Shown piece after piece: positions 15,165-45,065 of a stretch of 64,000 bases of DNA. Source of the DNA: Lingula anatina (taxonomy: Eukaryota; Animalia; Brachiopoda); assembly GCA_051362555.1 (NCBI GenBank), contig CM120641.1, positions 26,418,401-26,482,400 of the forward strand. Reading direction: 5' to 3'. How positions within the stretch are numbered: position 1 is the first letter of the stretch; each line of letters opens with the position of its first letter. The position numbers and the translations under genes were made by a program. A model generated the notes under the pieces. It ran no database searches, was not told where the DNA came from, and saw nothing but the letters and a program-made list of their open reading frames with translations.

Positions 15165-16351
15165 AAGTACCATACAAACTTGCATTCTCTTTTCTGAGAT
15201 CTACACAGATTTGTTTGAAAACATTAATCAGAAGTTGTTTTATAATTATCTAAAAACTTTTAAAATTTTTTCACAGAAATATATCTTTGGTTGTTTTAAG
15301 GAATACCAGATACATTTTATAAATTCATGAAGCTGTTGATTAAACACTATGACATAACAAGGAAGTATAGTGTATAGTATATCTTAAATATCATAGTTTA
15401 TTATGTGCAATTTTACAATCATGATCTTTTATTGTTTTTTTTTTTTCTACATTACTCCCATCACCATCAACATTACATATCTATTCTGAAACCAAAAATA
15501 GATAACAGAGAAGCATTGGGATAAGTGTTTTCATAGCATAAACATGATTCTCAAAAATTAAGTCAAAATTATTTTTAAAAGCAATTTTGTGTAAAATTAC
15601 ACATGCTGTCCATATTTTCATTTAATCAAATTCAAGCTTGTCGAATCAAGACAAAAACTAATTTATCTCCTAATTGCCAGTGGTGGCTGGTAGTTTTTAC
15701 TGCTTAATGGGTGTTGTGGCCTTAGTCACTCTGACCAGAGTTAAATAGTTCTCTGGATCAATACGGAATTATCAAGTTTTTGCCCTATGCTTGATTAACT
15801 GAGCGATATCAGATAATTTTGGTAGAGAAATGAATCTGAATCTGGCCTTGGGAAATAAAAAAGAGGAAAAATAGATTCCATGTGACAGGCACGAATCTTG
15901 TAGGCTGGAGGCAGAAGTTTTTAATCGAATATTATCATGATCAGAATGCTTTCATCAAAATCATTTAGGAGTATTGTTTTTTGCACATTATTGAATAAAA
16001 TGTGTTTCAGTGGGACCACAATTTATATTTCTCTTTACTTCAGCCATCTCTTATGTACCTTGCAGTATGATTGTGCTAACTTTGAAATTTTGAATATCTT
16101 AATGGAAAATGCAATAAAGAAAATATATGTCTGGCAAGATTTACTCTCTTTGGTATATCAAAGTATGGAGTTCTCTGAGCAACTCATTTTCATCTCATGT
16201 TTGTAAGGTTGGCTTATGATTGTGCATAAGTTCAGTACAACATAAATGGCATACACGCTGAGCACAATTGCATTAAAACATGTTTTATTTATACTGTATA
16301 GATATGATTTCATGTTGACATTAACATTGCATGATTTTTCACTCTTTCTAG

Positions 16352-35175
<18,824 letters not shown>

Positions 35176-36507
35176 CTCCAATGAGATTGAAAATGACTTA
35201 TCGAATTTTTTTTTCTTACATGAGGACAGGTTGAAAATTTTGTCGCAGAACGAAAAATTTTTGCCTTTGTTGCATATTTGAAATTTGAAATTGTATGTTA
35301 TGAAACCAAGATACTAAAAGTTAGAGTGATTTATATTCAGTTATATTATGTGAAATTATTTTTTAAGAGCTGTCCTTTATGTAACTTTTTTTCCAATTAT
35401 TTGTTATAAGCTGAGAGTAAGATAGGTGATCTTGATGATATTTGATTACAATTCGTCAGATCATTTTGTAACAGTAACCTTTTTTGTTTACATATGTTAA
35501 AGAAATTTTAAACTGAAAATGCTTAAAATTGAGATTTTTAAGCTGTTTTACATGCATTTCAGGTGTATTTCTTGATATGTTTGTGGGCTGTGAAAGAAGC
35601 CCTTTTTGTGTTATATTTTTGTACCAACAAGATGTTCAGTGCATCCAGATTTTAGGATGTTTAATTTTGTGCTTTAATTAGTAACTGTAATTTGGGAAAG
35701 AGGAGTTAAATTATTTGATAGAAAAAAGGATATCCCCTAAAAAAACTTTTTTTTAAGTTTTGTTTTTCTTATTATTTCAGTGGTAAATACTTTGCTAACC
35801 AGAGAGCTGGTGAAAACAAGTAAAAATTAATAAAAAATATATACTGTTATGATTTACATCATATCATTAAAGTGACAGAGAAACCTGTACATATTGTGTA
35901 ATTACAAACTGATAATTTATATAAGTATATATATATATATATGTTAAGTGGGTGTATCATCCTTGGTGCCGTGTTGTTAACTGAAGGCCACGTATTGAAA
36001 ACAGTAGTTGTCCTGTAGAGCCCAACTTTTTTGTACAAAGAGAAGTTGAAACTGCAACGTGCAAGTTTGATATTGTAATGCTAAGTTTTGTAATACCTCT
36101 TTAAAATATTGGTGCTTTAATGGAAAAAAGCCAGATACGTCAGTAAAAATGGAGGCTTCTTATCAAGGCCTGCAAAAACTGATGCGGGTTTTACACACAT
36201 CCTATACCTTATATCAGTGCTGGTGCACTTCATTGACTTCCACATTGTGAAAATAGTCTTCTTTTTTTAGCCTGGATCCAGTTTAATTAAGGATCTTAAA
36301 GTAAATTATTTAGCCGACTTAGCAGTCAGATGTAGTAACTTTTTGATAAAAGTTGTTCTTGTGTTGGCTTTGAAGTAGCCGTGTATTACTAACTGTTCAG
36401 CAGATGAGCTGAAACTTGACTGTATTTATGTTCACCTGTATACTGTCATATGATGATTATGTGTATATTGTTCTTGATTATGATCATACATGCATATTTA
36501 CATGAAA

Positions 36508-36513
36508 AATAAA
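36508..36513 (+). terminator. Candidate KIF26 polyadenylation signal AATAAA
   Basis: AATAAA followed ~30 nt later by a GT/T-rich tract (gtttgttttgtgattttt); implies a ~1.35 kb 3'UTR. Confidence 0.55.
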
Positions 36514-38131
36514 CAATTGATGGGATATCAGTTCAAAGAAAATAAGTTTGTTTTGTGATTTTTAATAGCTTACTTTAGAGATGCTCATATTTTATGCCTC
36601 CTGTTGTTATTTCAAATAGGATTTTTTAAGAGTAAATATATTCATTTTACCTGTTTATGTATGAAAGGATCATCTGTATTTGGGCATTTCTCAAATGTAT
36701 AAGTGCTAGCTTTTAAGGGGGGGGTATTTTACATTCTATTCTTAAGTTACAATGAAGTAAATTCTTGGTGGGATGTGCGGTGATCAGGCATTGGGGGTGA
36801 ACGGAGGTGAAATGGTACATAGACTGACAGACCAGACATTACTTACTGCATTTTTGTGTCAGCATACCATGCACTGCCACTTAGATGAATAATAAAGCCG
36901 CCAAATATATGCCAGAGACTAATATATCAGACAAAGACTCGGGAGGAGGTCAATCTTTTGCTAAAACAAGTGTTAAGATTCTTATAAGTCTTTTTTTTTA
37001 ACAAAGAAGAAAAAGACTCTGAGCCTCAAAGAAAATTGTAAAATAAAACATCTTTTAGTGGAAAAAAAGCGGTCAGGCTGGAATAAAAAATGTCCCCTTC
37101 CTTCTTTCTTGATAATATTCTTAATCCCCAAGTGACATGAAGAGAAGAGCATTTGCAGGATGTACATTCTGCATTACTGGGAACACCTAGGTGATAAATA
37201 TAAAATTTTGAGTCTGTAACATAAGCATTGTCATAATGGAAACGAGGATAACTACAGTGGGAAATCTTCACCATTTTACAGGCTGTATTGTGCTAGTTGT
37301 GCTTGGTTGAGCTATTCACGGGTTGAAGGGAAATCTTATCAGTTTTTTAATCAATGATTTGACGGCTTTAAACATCTTTTTTCCTTGAAACTGATCCCTG
37401 ATAATGGTATTACTAAACAGCATTTCACCAATAAATAACATAAATAACATTTATTGGCCTTGCAGAAACCATTATGCAAACCAGTAGACTTTAAATAAGA
37501 TTTAATGAAACAACGCGCCGAACATTTTCTCTCAAAATTTTCAAAGCAAGAGAAACTTGTTATAATACAAATAAATACCAATTCTTTAAATTATTTTGCT
37601 CAGTTTCAATGTGTTTTATTTGTGCATAAAAAAATTAAAAATATTAATTCTGTAGAGCTTACTTACGGAAAACTGCCTAGGGATGTAACATACAAGGCAG
37701 TTCATTAAACGTGTGGAACTTTGAAACGTTTTCCTTTAAAAATGCCCATCTATGTTTCAAGAAGTAGAAAGAAAAAAATAAATATCAATAACCTAACGGT
37801 TACGCTGTACCGTAAACTTGAATGAAATTCCTGTCTTTTCTATCACAATCCCGCCCCAGTTCGTTCATTCTACCTATAAAAACTGATTTATATGCCCAGT
37901 CATTCAATATCAAGCGTGTTGAATTTGAAAATGCGTTTTTATTTTTGTTGTTTTTGTGTATGATATTAGGATTTTATCAACCCCTTATCCTCTTTTCGAG
38001 ACGGAAATGTGCCTTCTCATAAACCAGACGATAATTTAAACCGAAGCGTCCGCACGGAAAGTAGGTGACCTCTTCATCATTATGTAAATCAGGTGAGCGT
38101 TTTGGTGACAGGTACTCAGATAGGACCGAGG

Positions 38132-39723
38132 TCAGTAGAAGATGGAGAAGAAGGATATCCCACGCCATATTATATGCTACTGCAACATGTAGGCCGAAAA
38201 GATGGCCCTGAAACCGGCAGCAGTATTTCGTAAGTTCCGTACAGATGTATTGTAGCATTTCTTAGTTTTGCATTGACGATGTTTTCCAGAAAAAATGCAC
38301 TCTAGGCATAATGACATCTAACTGACGTGAAGGATAATTTCTCTTAGCTTTCCCTCAGTGCCTTTGGGTACCCTTTTGTTTCTGATATCATTAGCTTTCC
38401 ATGAGGGTTAAATATGAATATATATATTTGTGTAATTTTAAAGCTGAATTGCGATTTGTTAATTGTAACGCAAAGGATACTGACACCAATTACATTCTGC
38501 TCCAAAACGCATAGCAAATTTAAAGTCGAAAAAGATTAGCTTCTTTTTTATGAAACTTCTCATAGAAATTTAATCCATCCTAAGCGTCTGCCCTGCATGA
38601 TGCTGGTTTGCTTCTTTTGGAAATTGTATGTTACTTTGTCGTAGTACAGTGCTCTATTTGATCACGATGTTACATGTATGAGGGTAAATTATGTATTTTT
38701 GGGGTCGGGATTGATATATGTACCCGTCCCTTTTCGAACCCGGGACGTTAGATTTGAAGTTATCATTTAACAGAAATAATGTATGTATAAAAATGATAAA
38801 GTTATTGTTTTAATTTTTTTCATTTATTCATTTCCAAGCAAAGAAATGTTTTCTATTTGTCACTGAAAATGTGCTTGGGCAAATCCGAATCTTGACACCT
38901 CGCTGTGAACTTGGTGATGCAATCTTATTCATTTTAAATGATGTTGACTTCTGGAAAAGAGATTGCAACCGCATTACGTAAAATGCATAAAGGAAACTTA
39001 ATTACATTTATCGTTTGTTCAGAAAAAGATGAAGAGATGTGAATCTATAAAAGACACTGTTAATAAAACGTATAACGCCTTAGAAATCTCAACATTATGT
39101 AGCGGACAAAATGTGCCCACGTTACTTCAGAATTGTCCACATGTACTATAACGATATTTTATGAGTACGGCACTGTGGCTGTGAATAAACTTCCTCTGGT
39201 TCTCTGGTTAATTCTGGTGTCAACTAGCAGGCTAAGGTGTAAACTATGCATATTTTTTTCAGGACCAGACACGGGTGTCGTGCAGCGTGGGGCCTGTGGC
39301 GGAGGGGGCTACTGACTGTGAGCGGTGCAGTGGTTTGTTTACAAACAAGAGGGGTCAATGTGATCAAGTACTGACAGTAAGAAAAAAGCTTTTCAACAGT
39401 AAATCTTTGTGCCATTGGGAGTTATATCAGTGTGTCTGCTGCCCATGGGGATAGGAAATATTCCATTAAATTTGCTTCTTGCAGTTTTGCAGGCATTTCT
39501 TAGTGTGGCCGTCAATGGGAAATTATTTGGTGGTTTCTTCTGTGATGTATAGCGATAACACATAGCATGCGTAATTACGATCCGCAAAAGAAATGGGTTG
39601 TCTTTTCATATGATTTTAAGCAAGACATTTCTAAATGACTTCTGCATATTTTGACGCACAGGTATTCAGATTGGAAAGTAATTTTTTCAATTTTAACTGA
39701 ATCTGGATTTCCTCGTATTTATA

Positions 39724-39785
<62 letters not shown>

Positions 39786-40110
39786 TGATGGAGGTCTGCA
39801 TTCCAGGAGTATTCTCCAAGTATATTATTCATTCATTTTGGATCATGTTTAACATAAGACAGCCCCGACTTGCCTATATTTTGGATAAGCCAATGCGTGC
39901 TTAAATCACTCTATCCTGTGTGATATATCATTTCATTAGTAAAAATTTAACAGCCTGTTAGTTTAACTAAAAAATTGCTAAAAATAATTTTCTCATTTCA
40001 GAAACCTACCGAGGTACAGCTCAACATGCGCCTACTAGCAGCCTTACCTTTGGTTCACATTCAGGAACTCTACGCCTATTCAGGCATTTATTTTATGAGA
40101 ATTGAATAAA
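38132..40110 (+). other. Candidate three-exon small-ORF/lncRNA unit A: ~38134-38229, 39263-39376, 40002-~40130
   Basis: GC/CpG-rich islands bounded by TTC|gtaagt, ttttttcag|GAC, ACA|gtaaga and catttcag|AAA; TCAGT initiator-like motif; AATAAA at 40105-40110. Confidence 0.5.
39724..39782. repeat. (TAT)n microsatellite
   Basis: Direct observation. Confidence 0.96.
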
Positions 40111-40864
40111 TATATTTGTCTGGGATTTTTTTATTTTGATATGAAAAATCATAGTAATAGATACAAAAGGAGTATGAAGATATAAATATAATAACTGTTT
40201 CAGCAGTTTCAAATTCAATATACCTAATATAACCCGTAAATATTGCCCTTGGTATTGCTTTGGCGATTTGCTTTGGTACATGAAAATATTTGAAAGTGGA
40301 ATGGTTCAAAAGCTTGGCATACGTACCTGGTATTAAAAACGATAGTTTTTGAGTACTTAAAAATCTTAATTCTGCTGCAAGGCTGTAGGTGAACCAAAAG
40401 ATTTTCTATAAACACACATTCTTAAAGTGTAATTACAAACCCGCTTTTTGAAGTTTAATTTTGTTTCTAAATTTTGTTCCATGTCATTATATTTTCAATG
40501 TACTTGAGAACAAATTTGTCCATCATCCGGATTATCATTTCCTCACTTTTTAATGTAATTCGTAGCTTTCTATAGGACTTTTTTTGCTACGGCCAATTTG
40601 ACTATCTAAACACTTGTATATATATATAATTGAAATACAAATCTGAATAAAATGATCAAGTAAAAAGATTCTGCTGCTTTTTTAGTAAATGACATTGGCT
40701 GTTCCAGGAATTGGGCCCTTTTATTGTGATGATATAGAACTGATCACATGCCTTCGAGTCCTATTTTTTAAAAAATTGTTTGTTTATTTCTGATTAAATA
40801 ATGTATTTGCAAACCAATTTTGAATAACAAGTACAGTAGTCCTATGCAGTAATACTCTTCCAAT

Positions 40865-41372
40865 CTTTAATCGTCTCACTTATCACCCCTAAAATGTAAT
40901 TGACTGGCCCCATCCGTCATCCCTCAAAATCGAATGGACTCCTCCCACCTGTCACCCCTCAAAATCAAAATGAACTCTCCCCACCTGTCACCCCTCAAAA
41001 TCAAAATGGACTCGCCCCACCTGTCACCCCTCAAAATTAAAATGGACTCGCCCCACCTGTCACCCCTTAAATTTGAATGGACTCGTCCCACCTGTCACCC
41101 CTCAAAATCAAAATGGACCCTTCCCACCTGTCACCCCTTTAATTTGAATGGACTCGCCCCACCTGTCACCCCTTGAAAACAATGGAATCTTCCCACCTGT
41201 CATCCCTTAAAATTGAATGTTATCGACCCACCTGTCACCCCTCAAAAGCAAAATGGACTCACCCCACGCGTCAGCCCTCAAAAACTTTATGGACTCAACT
41301 CATCCGTCACCCCTCTATTTTAAGAGTACTAGACCCACCTGCCTTCCCTCAAAAACAAATGGACTCACCCAA
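40865..41372. repeat. Minisatellite, ~35-36 bp unit (AATGGACTCGCCCCACCTGTCACCCCTCAAAATCAA), roughly 14 copies, degenerate at both ends
   Basis: Directly visible tandem units; produces the spurious MDSPHLSPLKIK repeat ORF. Confidence 0.92.
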
Positions 41373-41471
41373 CCAAATAGATAACATTGTTCTTAAAATC
41401 CAGAGTACAGCAATGCTACTACATTCACTTATGTATCTATAAAATCAAACTGAAAACGTCCTCAAAAAGTA

Positions 41472-43289
41472 TTTATTCAGGCAAAAAGCATTGTCTTACA
41501 CAAATGTCACAGTGCAGTTGCAAATGATAATATAGAATTTTTTCTACAATGTACATCATCTAAATTATAATAAATAATTGTACTTGAATTTCAACTTGCA
41601 ATGTGGTGAAATGCAACTTTACATTTAGATTCGAAAGTTGTGATATGTAAGCACTTTGAGATCATATTATGGCTTTTCATATTATACTGTAGCTTTATAT
41701 AATGAAACATGGCATAACATAAGAAAATTGAAGAGAAACTGGTTGGTCAAGTGAAATCAAATCAAGTTTTATCATAAAATTTATTTCATTATTTATATCG
41801 ATCAATCCTTATGGCATAATTTGATAATGAAAATAATTGATGTCTGATTTTAAGGAAAATGAAACACGATCAATCTTAGTGCAGTATGCAGAAAATTTAA
41901 TGTAAAAGCTATCAGTTTGAAAATCATGAACGATTGTCAACATGTAACTTTTGCATGTCCATGTCCGTGTCCTGTTCCAAAATACGGAAGACTAGGGCAG
42001 CTTCTATCAGTCGTATGTGCATTTTGCAGTATCTTGGTAGAGGAAACAGCAGTGTTCTGAAATATGAAAATAACATACGTTAATGGCATAATTAAATATC
42101 CCAATAACATTTAAACTTAGCTTAGGTAAAATGATAATGGAAGAGGCATGCAGTTCAAGATCCAAAATTCACCGATATTTCGCAAATTTCAACAGTTGTC
42201 GTACAGCCATTTCTATTATACTACGAGAATGACATGGAAAAAATACGACCCATATTATTGGAAAGCGTTCTCAAAGTAAAGGTTTAAACGAATACGTATA
42301 ATTCCATCCAGGAACAGAATATATTACTGAACTAAGTAAAGAGTTTACAGAAGGCAAATGACATAATGCATAATTTAGTTTTCTCGTGAACAATTAACAG
42401 ATCTAATAATGAACGGTACAACAGCACTCTTGTACAACATGTAAAAGAAAGGTTATTATAAAAACCGGAAAACGTCCTACGGATGCCAGGAATATTTTGT
42501 GTCATCACGGAAACATACAAATTTCTCCCTGACGTATCTGCTTCAGTTGCAAAAATGAATACTAATTCTCTTTAAATCAAGCAAGATTTTCCAGCTAATA
42601 ACCTTCTTACTGCATGATAGATCAACTAAAATTGTTCCAAAATACTAATTTGTTCAGGTTTCAAATTTACAGGTACGCACAGAAATTCGGTTGTAATTTG
42701 GCTGAATCTGGACACCAAAAAATGATATATAATATGACAACTTTCTTCATATTTTTATGCCTCTTTTGACAGTGTTTTTTTCTCGATGTTGTTAACGGAA
42801 AACTTTTCCAAAATCCAGTGAACCCCCAGACTAACAAGTAGTCAAGGCTGAGTGAAAATATAAGGATTTTATTTCTTGGTAATTTGAACTCGAAGAAATA
42901 CGGAAATTTTGTAAGAAACGTCTTTAAATAGCGCAAAGAACATCTCGATCATTATAAACGACACAGTGTCCAGTGTGATTTCGAATTAATACATGCTTCT
43001 GACAGACACTTACATACAAGTTGTATGAAACTCACAAAACCGGAAAAGTACTCGCATGCCAATGACAATGGAGATAGCCATACCAATTACCATATACTGG
43101 TCTAAAACTATCGAGTTACGCAAAATAAACTTTACGTGTTTCTCTTCCTGTACGCCTTTGGTACTTGCCTGCTGAAAAGATGGTACTCACAAGACAAATT
43201 TGTTCCAATGAATGAAATATTCGGCCTTGCGACTTCACCACACCTATCCTGCGTCCTCTTCTTACACGGCCCAGCTGTGAAGTGACTGA
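41472..43289 (-). other. Candidate three-exon small-ORF/lncRNA unit B: ~43289-43191, 43101-43014, 42056-~41455
   Basis: Minus-strand CTT|gtgagt, ttttag|ACC, TAT|gtaagt and atttcag|AAC; CCAAT and TCAGT motifs upstream; AATAAA at 41477-41472; a 70-aa spliced ORF is possible. Confidence 0.5.
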
Positions 43290-43649
43290 TCTGGATGACA
43301 GCTCACACTGCGCTGAACGCCTTATTATTATGTAAATTACACCAGGTATGACGAATTTTGATTGGCTGTTGCTGTTGACATTATTCTCACAAGAAGGGCG
43401 AATCTATGCAATTTTTCAGACTGATTACTTTTTTAAAAATATTTTGTGAGCTCCCGATTGATACTGATTATTTAATCAATCATTCATAATTGTACAAAAA
43501 TCGATCATCGCAGAATGCACCAACCCTATCACTGAGCCAATTCAATTCTTTCGGGAGGTTATTGGGTCACCTTTTTATTTTCATGGTAATGCAATTGTTT
43601 GGGATATTTTGAGTGAAATAAATGAAATAACCATAACCGATACCATGTT

Positions 43650-43747
43650 CAAGGGAGGATCCAGGATTATTTGAATGGGGTCCGCCGATGCGAAGCCCCC
43701 CCCCCCCCCCCGCCCCCCCCCCCCCCCCCCCCCTAAATCCGTCACTG
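43650..43747. mobile_element. ~100-bp MITE-like relic with related termini and an internal poly-C tract
   Basis: CAAGGGAGGATCCAGG ... CCTAAATCCGTCACTG imperfect inverted ends. Confidence 0.6.
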
Positions 43748-44324
43748 AGTAGTGGAATAGAGAGATTTGTTGCGTTTATAATAAGAAAACTGTTCCTATA
43801 GTTGGCTACAAAAATTTCCCAGGATTGGGATCATTTATACGCCGTTTAGGAAAACGCAAAAACGGGAAATGGACTTCATTTGTTATCGTTTGTCCGTTAA
43901 ATGTTTTTGTAGGACTAATATTAATCATAGCCTTTTGATTTCCATGTTTTCAAAATCACTTGAACCATCAAGAAACCCAATTTTCAGGAAGTAATGGGTA
44001 TCCTGAAAAGGATTCCATGAATTTTTAGACCGTCAACTTTAATCAGTTCTGCTCAAAAAGATAGTGAACAATTAATAATTCTTAAACAAAATCTAAAGAT
44101 TTTAAAATTAAAATTATAGGATTTATCATTTTATCTGTTACAATAAAGCCCAGTTTAAAATGCAATCAGTACAGTCATGTACTGATTTATCTACTCTCTA
44201 GACAGAAGCCATGAATAACTGATAATTAAATGAGTTGTGTTAGCTGTGATTTAAAACAATTGTGATACTTTTTTTCTCAACTGTATTGGATGAGATGAAC
44301 ACATTCATAGTTGACTGCAGCTTT

Positions 44325-44330
44325 TTTATT
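44325..44330 (-). terminator. Candidate CFAP61 polyadenylation signal
   Basis: TTTATT on + (AATAAA on -) ~540 nt past the stop codon. Confidence 0.45.
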
Positions 44331-44864
44331 TACATAAACACTTCATCACTACATTTGTAAAGCAAACTTTAATGGATGATAAATGCGAACCATTTCACAT
44401 TAAACACATTATGTATGTAAATAAATTTTTCCATAAAAGAAAATTTACCTCGTATCTGAAAAATGCAGTGCAAATAAAATTATTTAAAAAGTTGGACGGT
44501 ATATCTGAAAAAGTTTCTGGATAAACAGAATATTTTAGTATCACAGAATCAACAAAAAAAAGTACAGCATGAGCAAGTCATTTGCCATCTTTTTTTCTTT
44601 TTTTTTTTTAATCTTCAGTTGAATAATTAAACACTAATATTTTCTCTGAATGTATATATATATTTTTTGTACACGATGCTCAGATAAATACATCACTGAA
44701 TATTTACAATTCTTTTCCACCTAAAATCACAATGTTTCCAAGTCTGGTATCTCACAAGAAAACTCAATCAAAGGATTATTGTCATCATATTATCAAAAGT
44801 ACACTGGGATTTTTACAGGTTTACTTAGTAAGTGCCCCAGGTTTATTTCTCATTGTGGTATAGC

Positions 44865-45065
44865 TCACACCATTCCTGGCTTGGCATACATGGGCAGGTG
44901 GTAATAGTTATAATGCATAAAGCTCAGAAGTCTGGTCTCCACAGCCCTCTTGATGCCACTGGTGGCAAACTCTTCCAGCAGGTTTTTCCTCTGGGCATTG
45001 TTCAGCTGCAGGTCTTCTTCAATCAGCGAGCGGACCTTCTCTTCCAGAGCCTCGATGTTGTCAGC
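44865..45065 (-). CDS. CFAP61: CFAP61 terminal coding exon (...YNYYHLPMYAKPGMV*)
   Basis: cgccag|GCT; TGA at 44867-44865. Confidence 0.93.
   Translation of the reverse strand, partial: ADNIEALEEKVRSLIEEDLQLNNAQRKNLLEEFATSGIKRAVETRLLSFMHYNYYHLPMYAKPGMV

Noticed and set aside
39263-39376. Selenoprotein reading (in-frame TGAs after GACGGGGY; CYC in exon 1)
   Set aside because: No CxxU motif in a continuous frame, a TAG interrupts exon 1, and I could not identify a SECIS element by eye.
40865-41372. 36-bp repeats resembling a CRISPR array or a repeat protein (MDSPHLSPLKIK)
   Set aside because: Units are head-to-tail with no unique spacers, 35-bp variants break the frame, the context is eukaryotic and no cas genes are present.
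43695-43733. Long poly-C tract as a functional element
   Set aside because: It lies inside a MITE-like relic, and homopolymer length is unreliable in assemblies.
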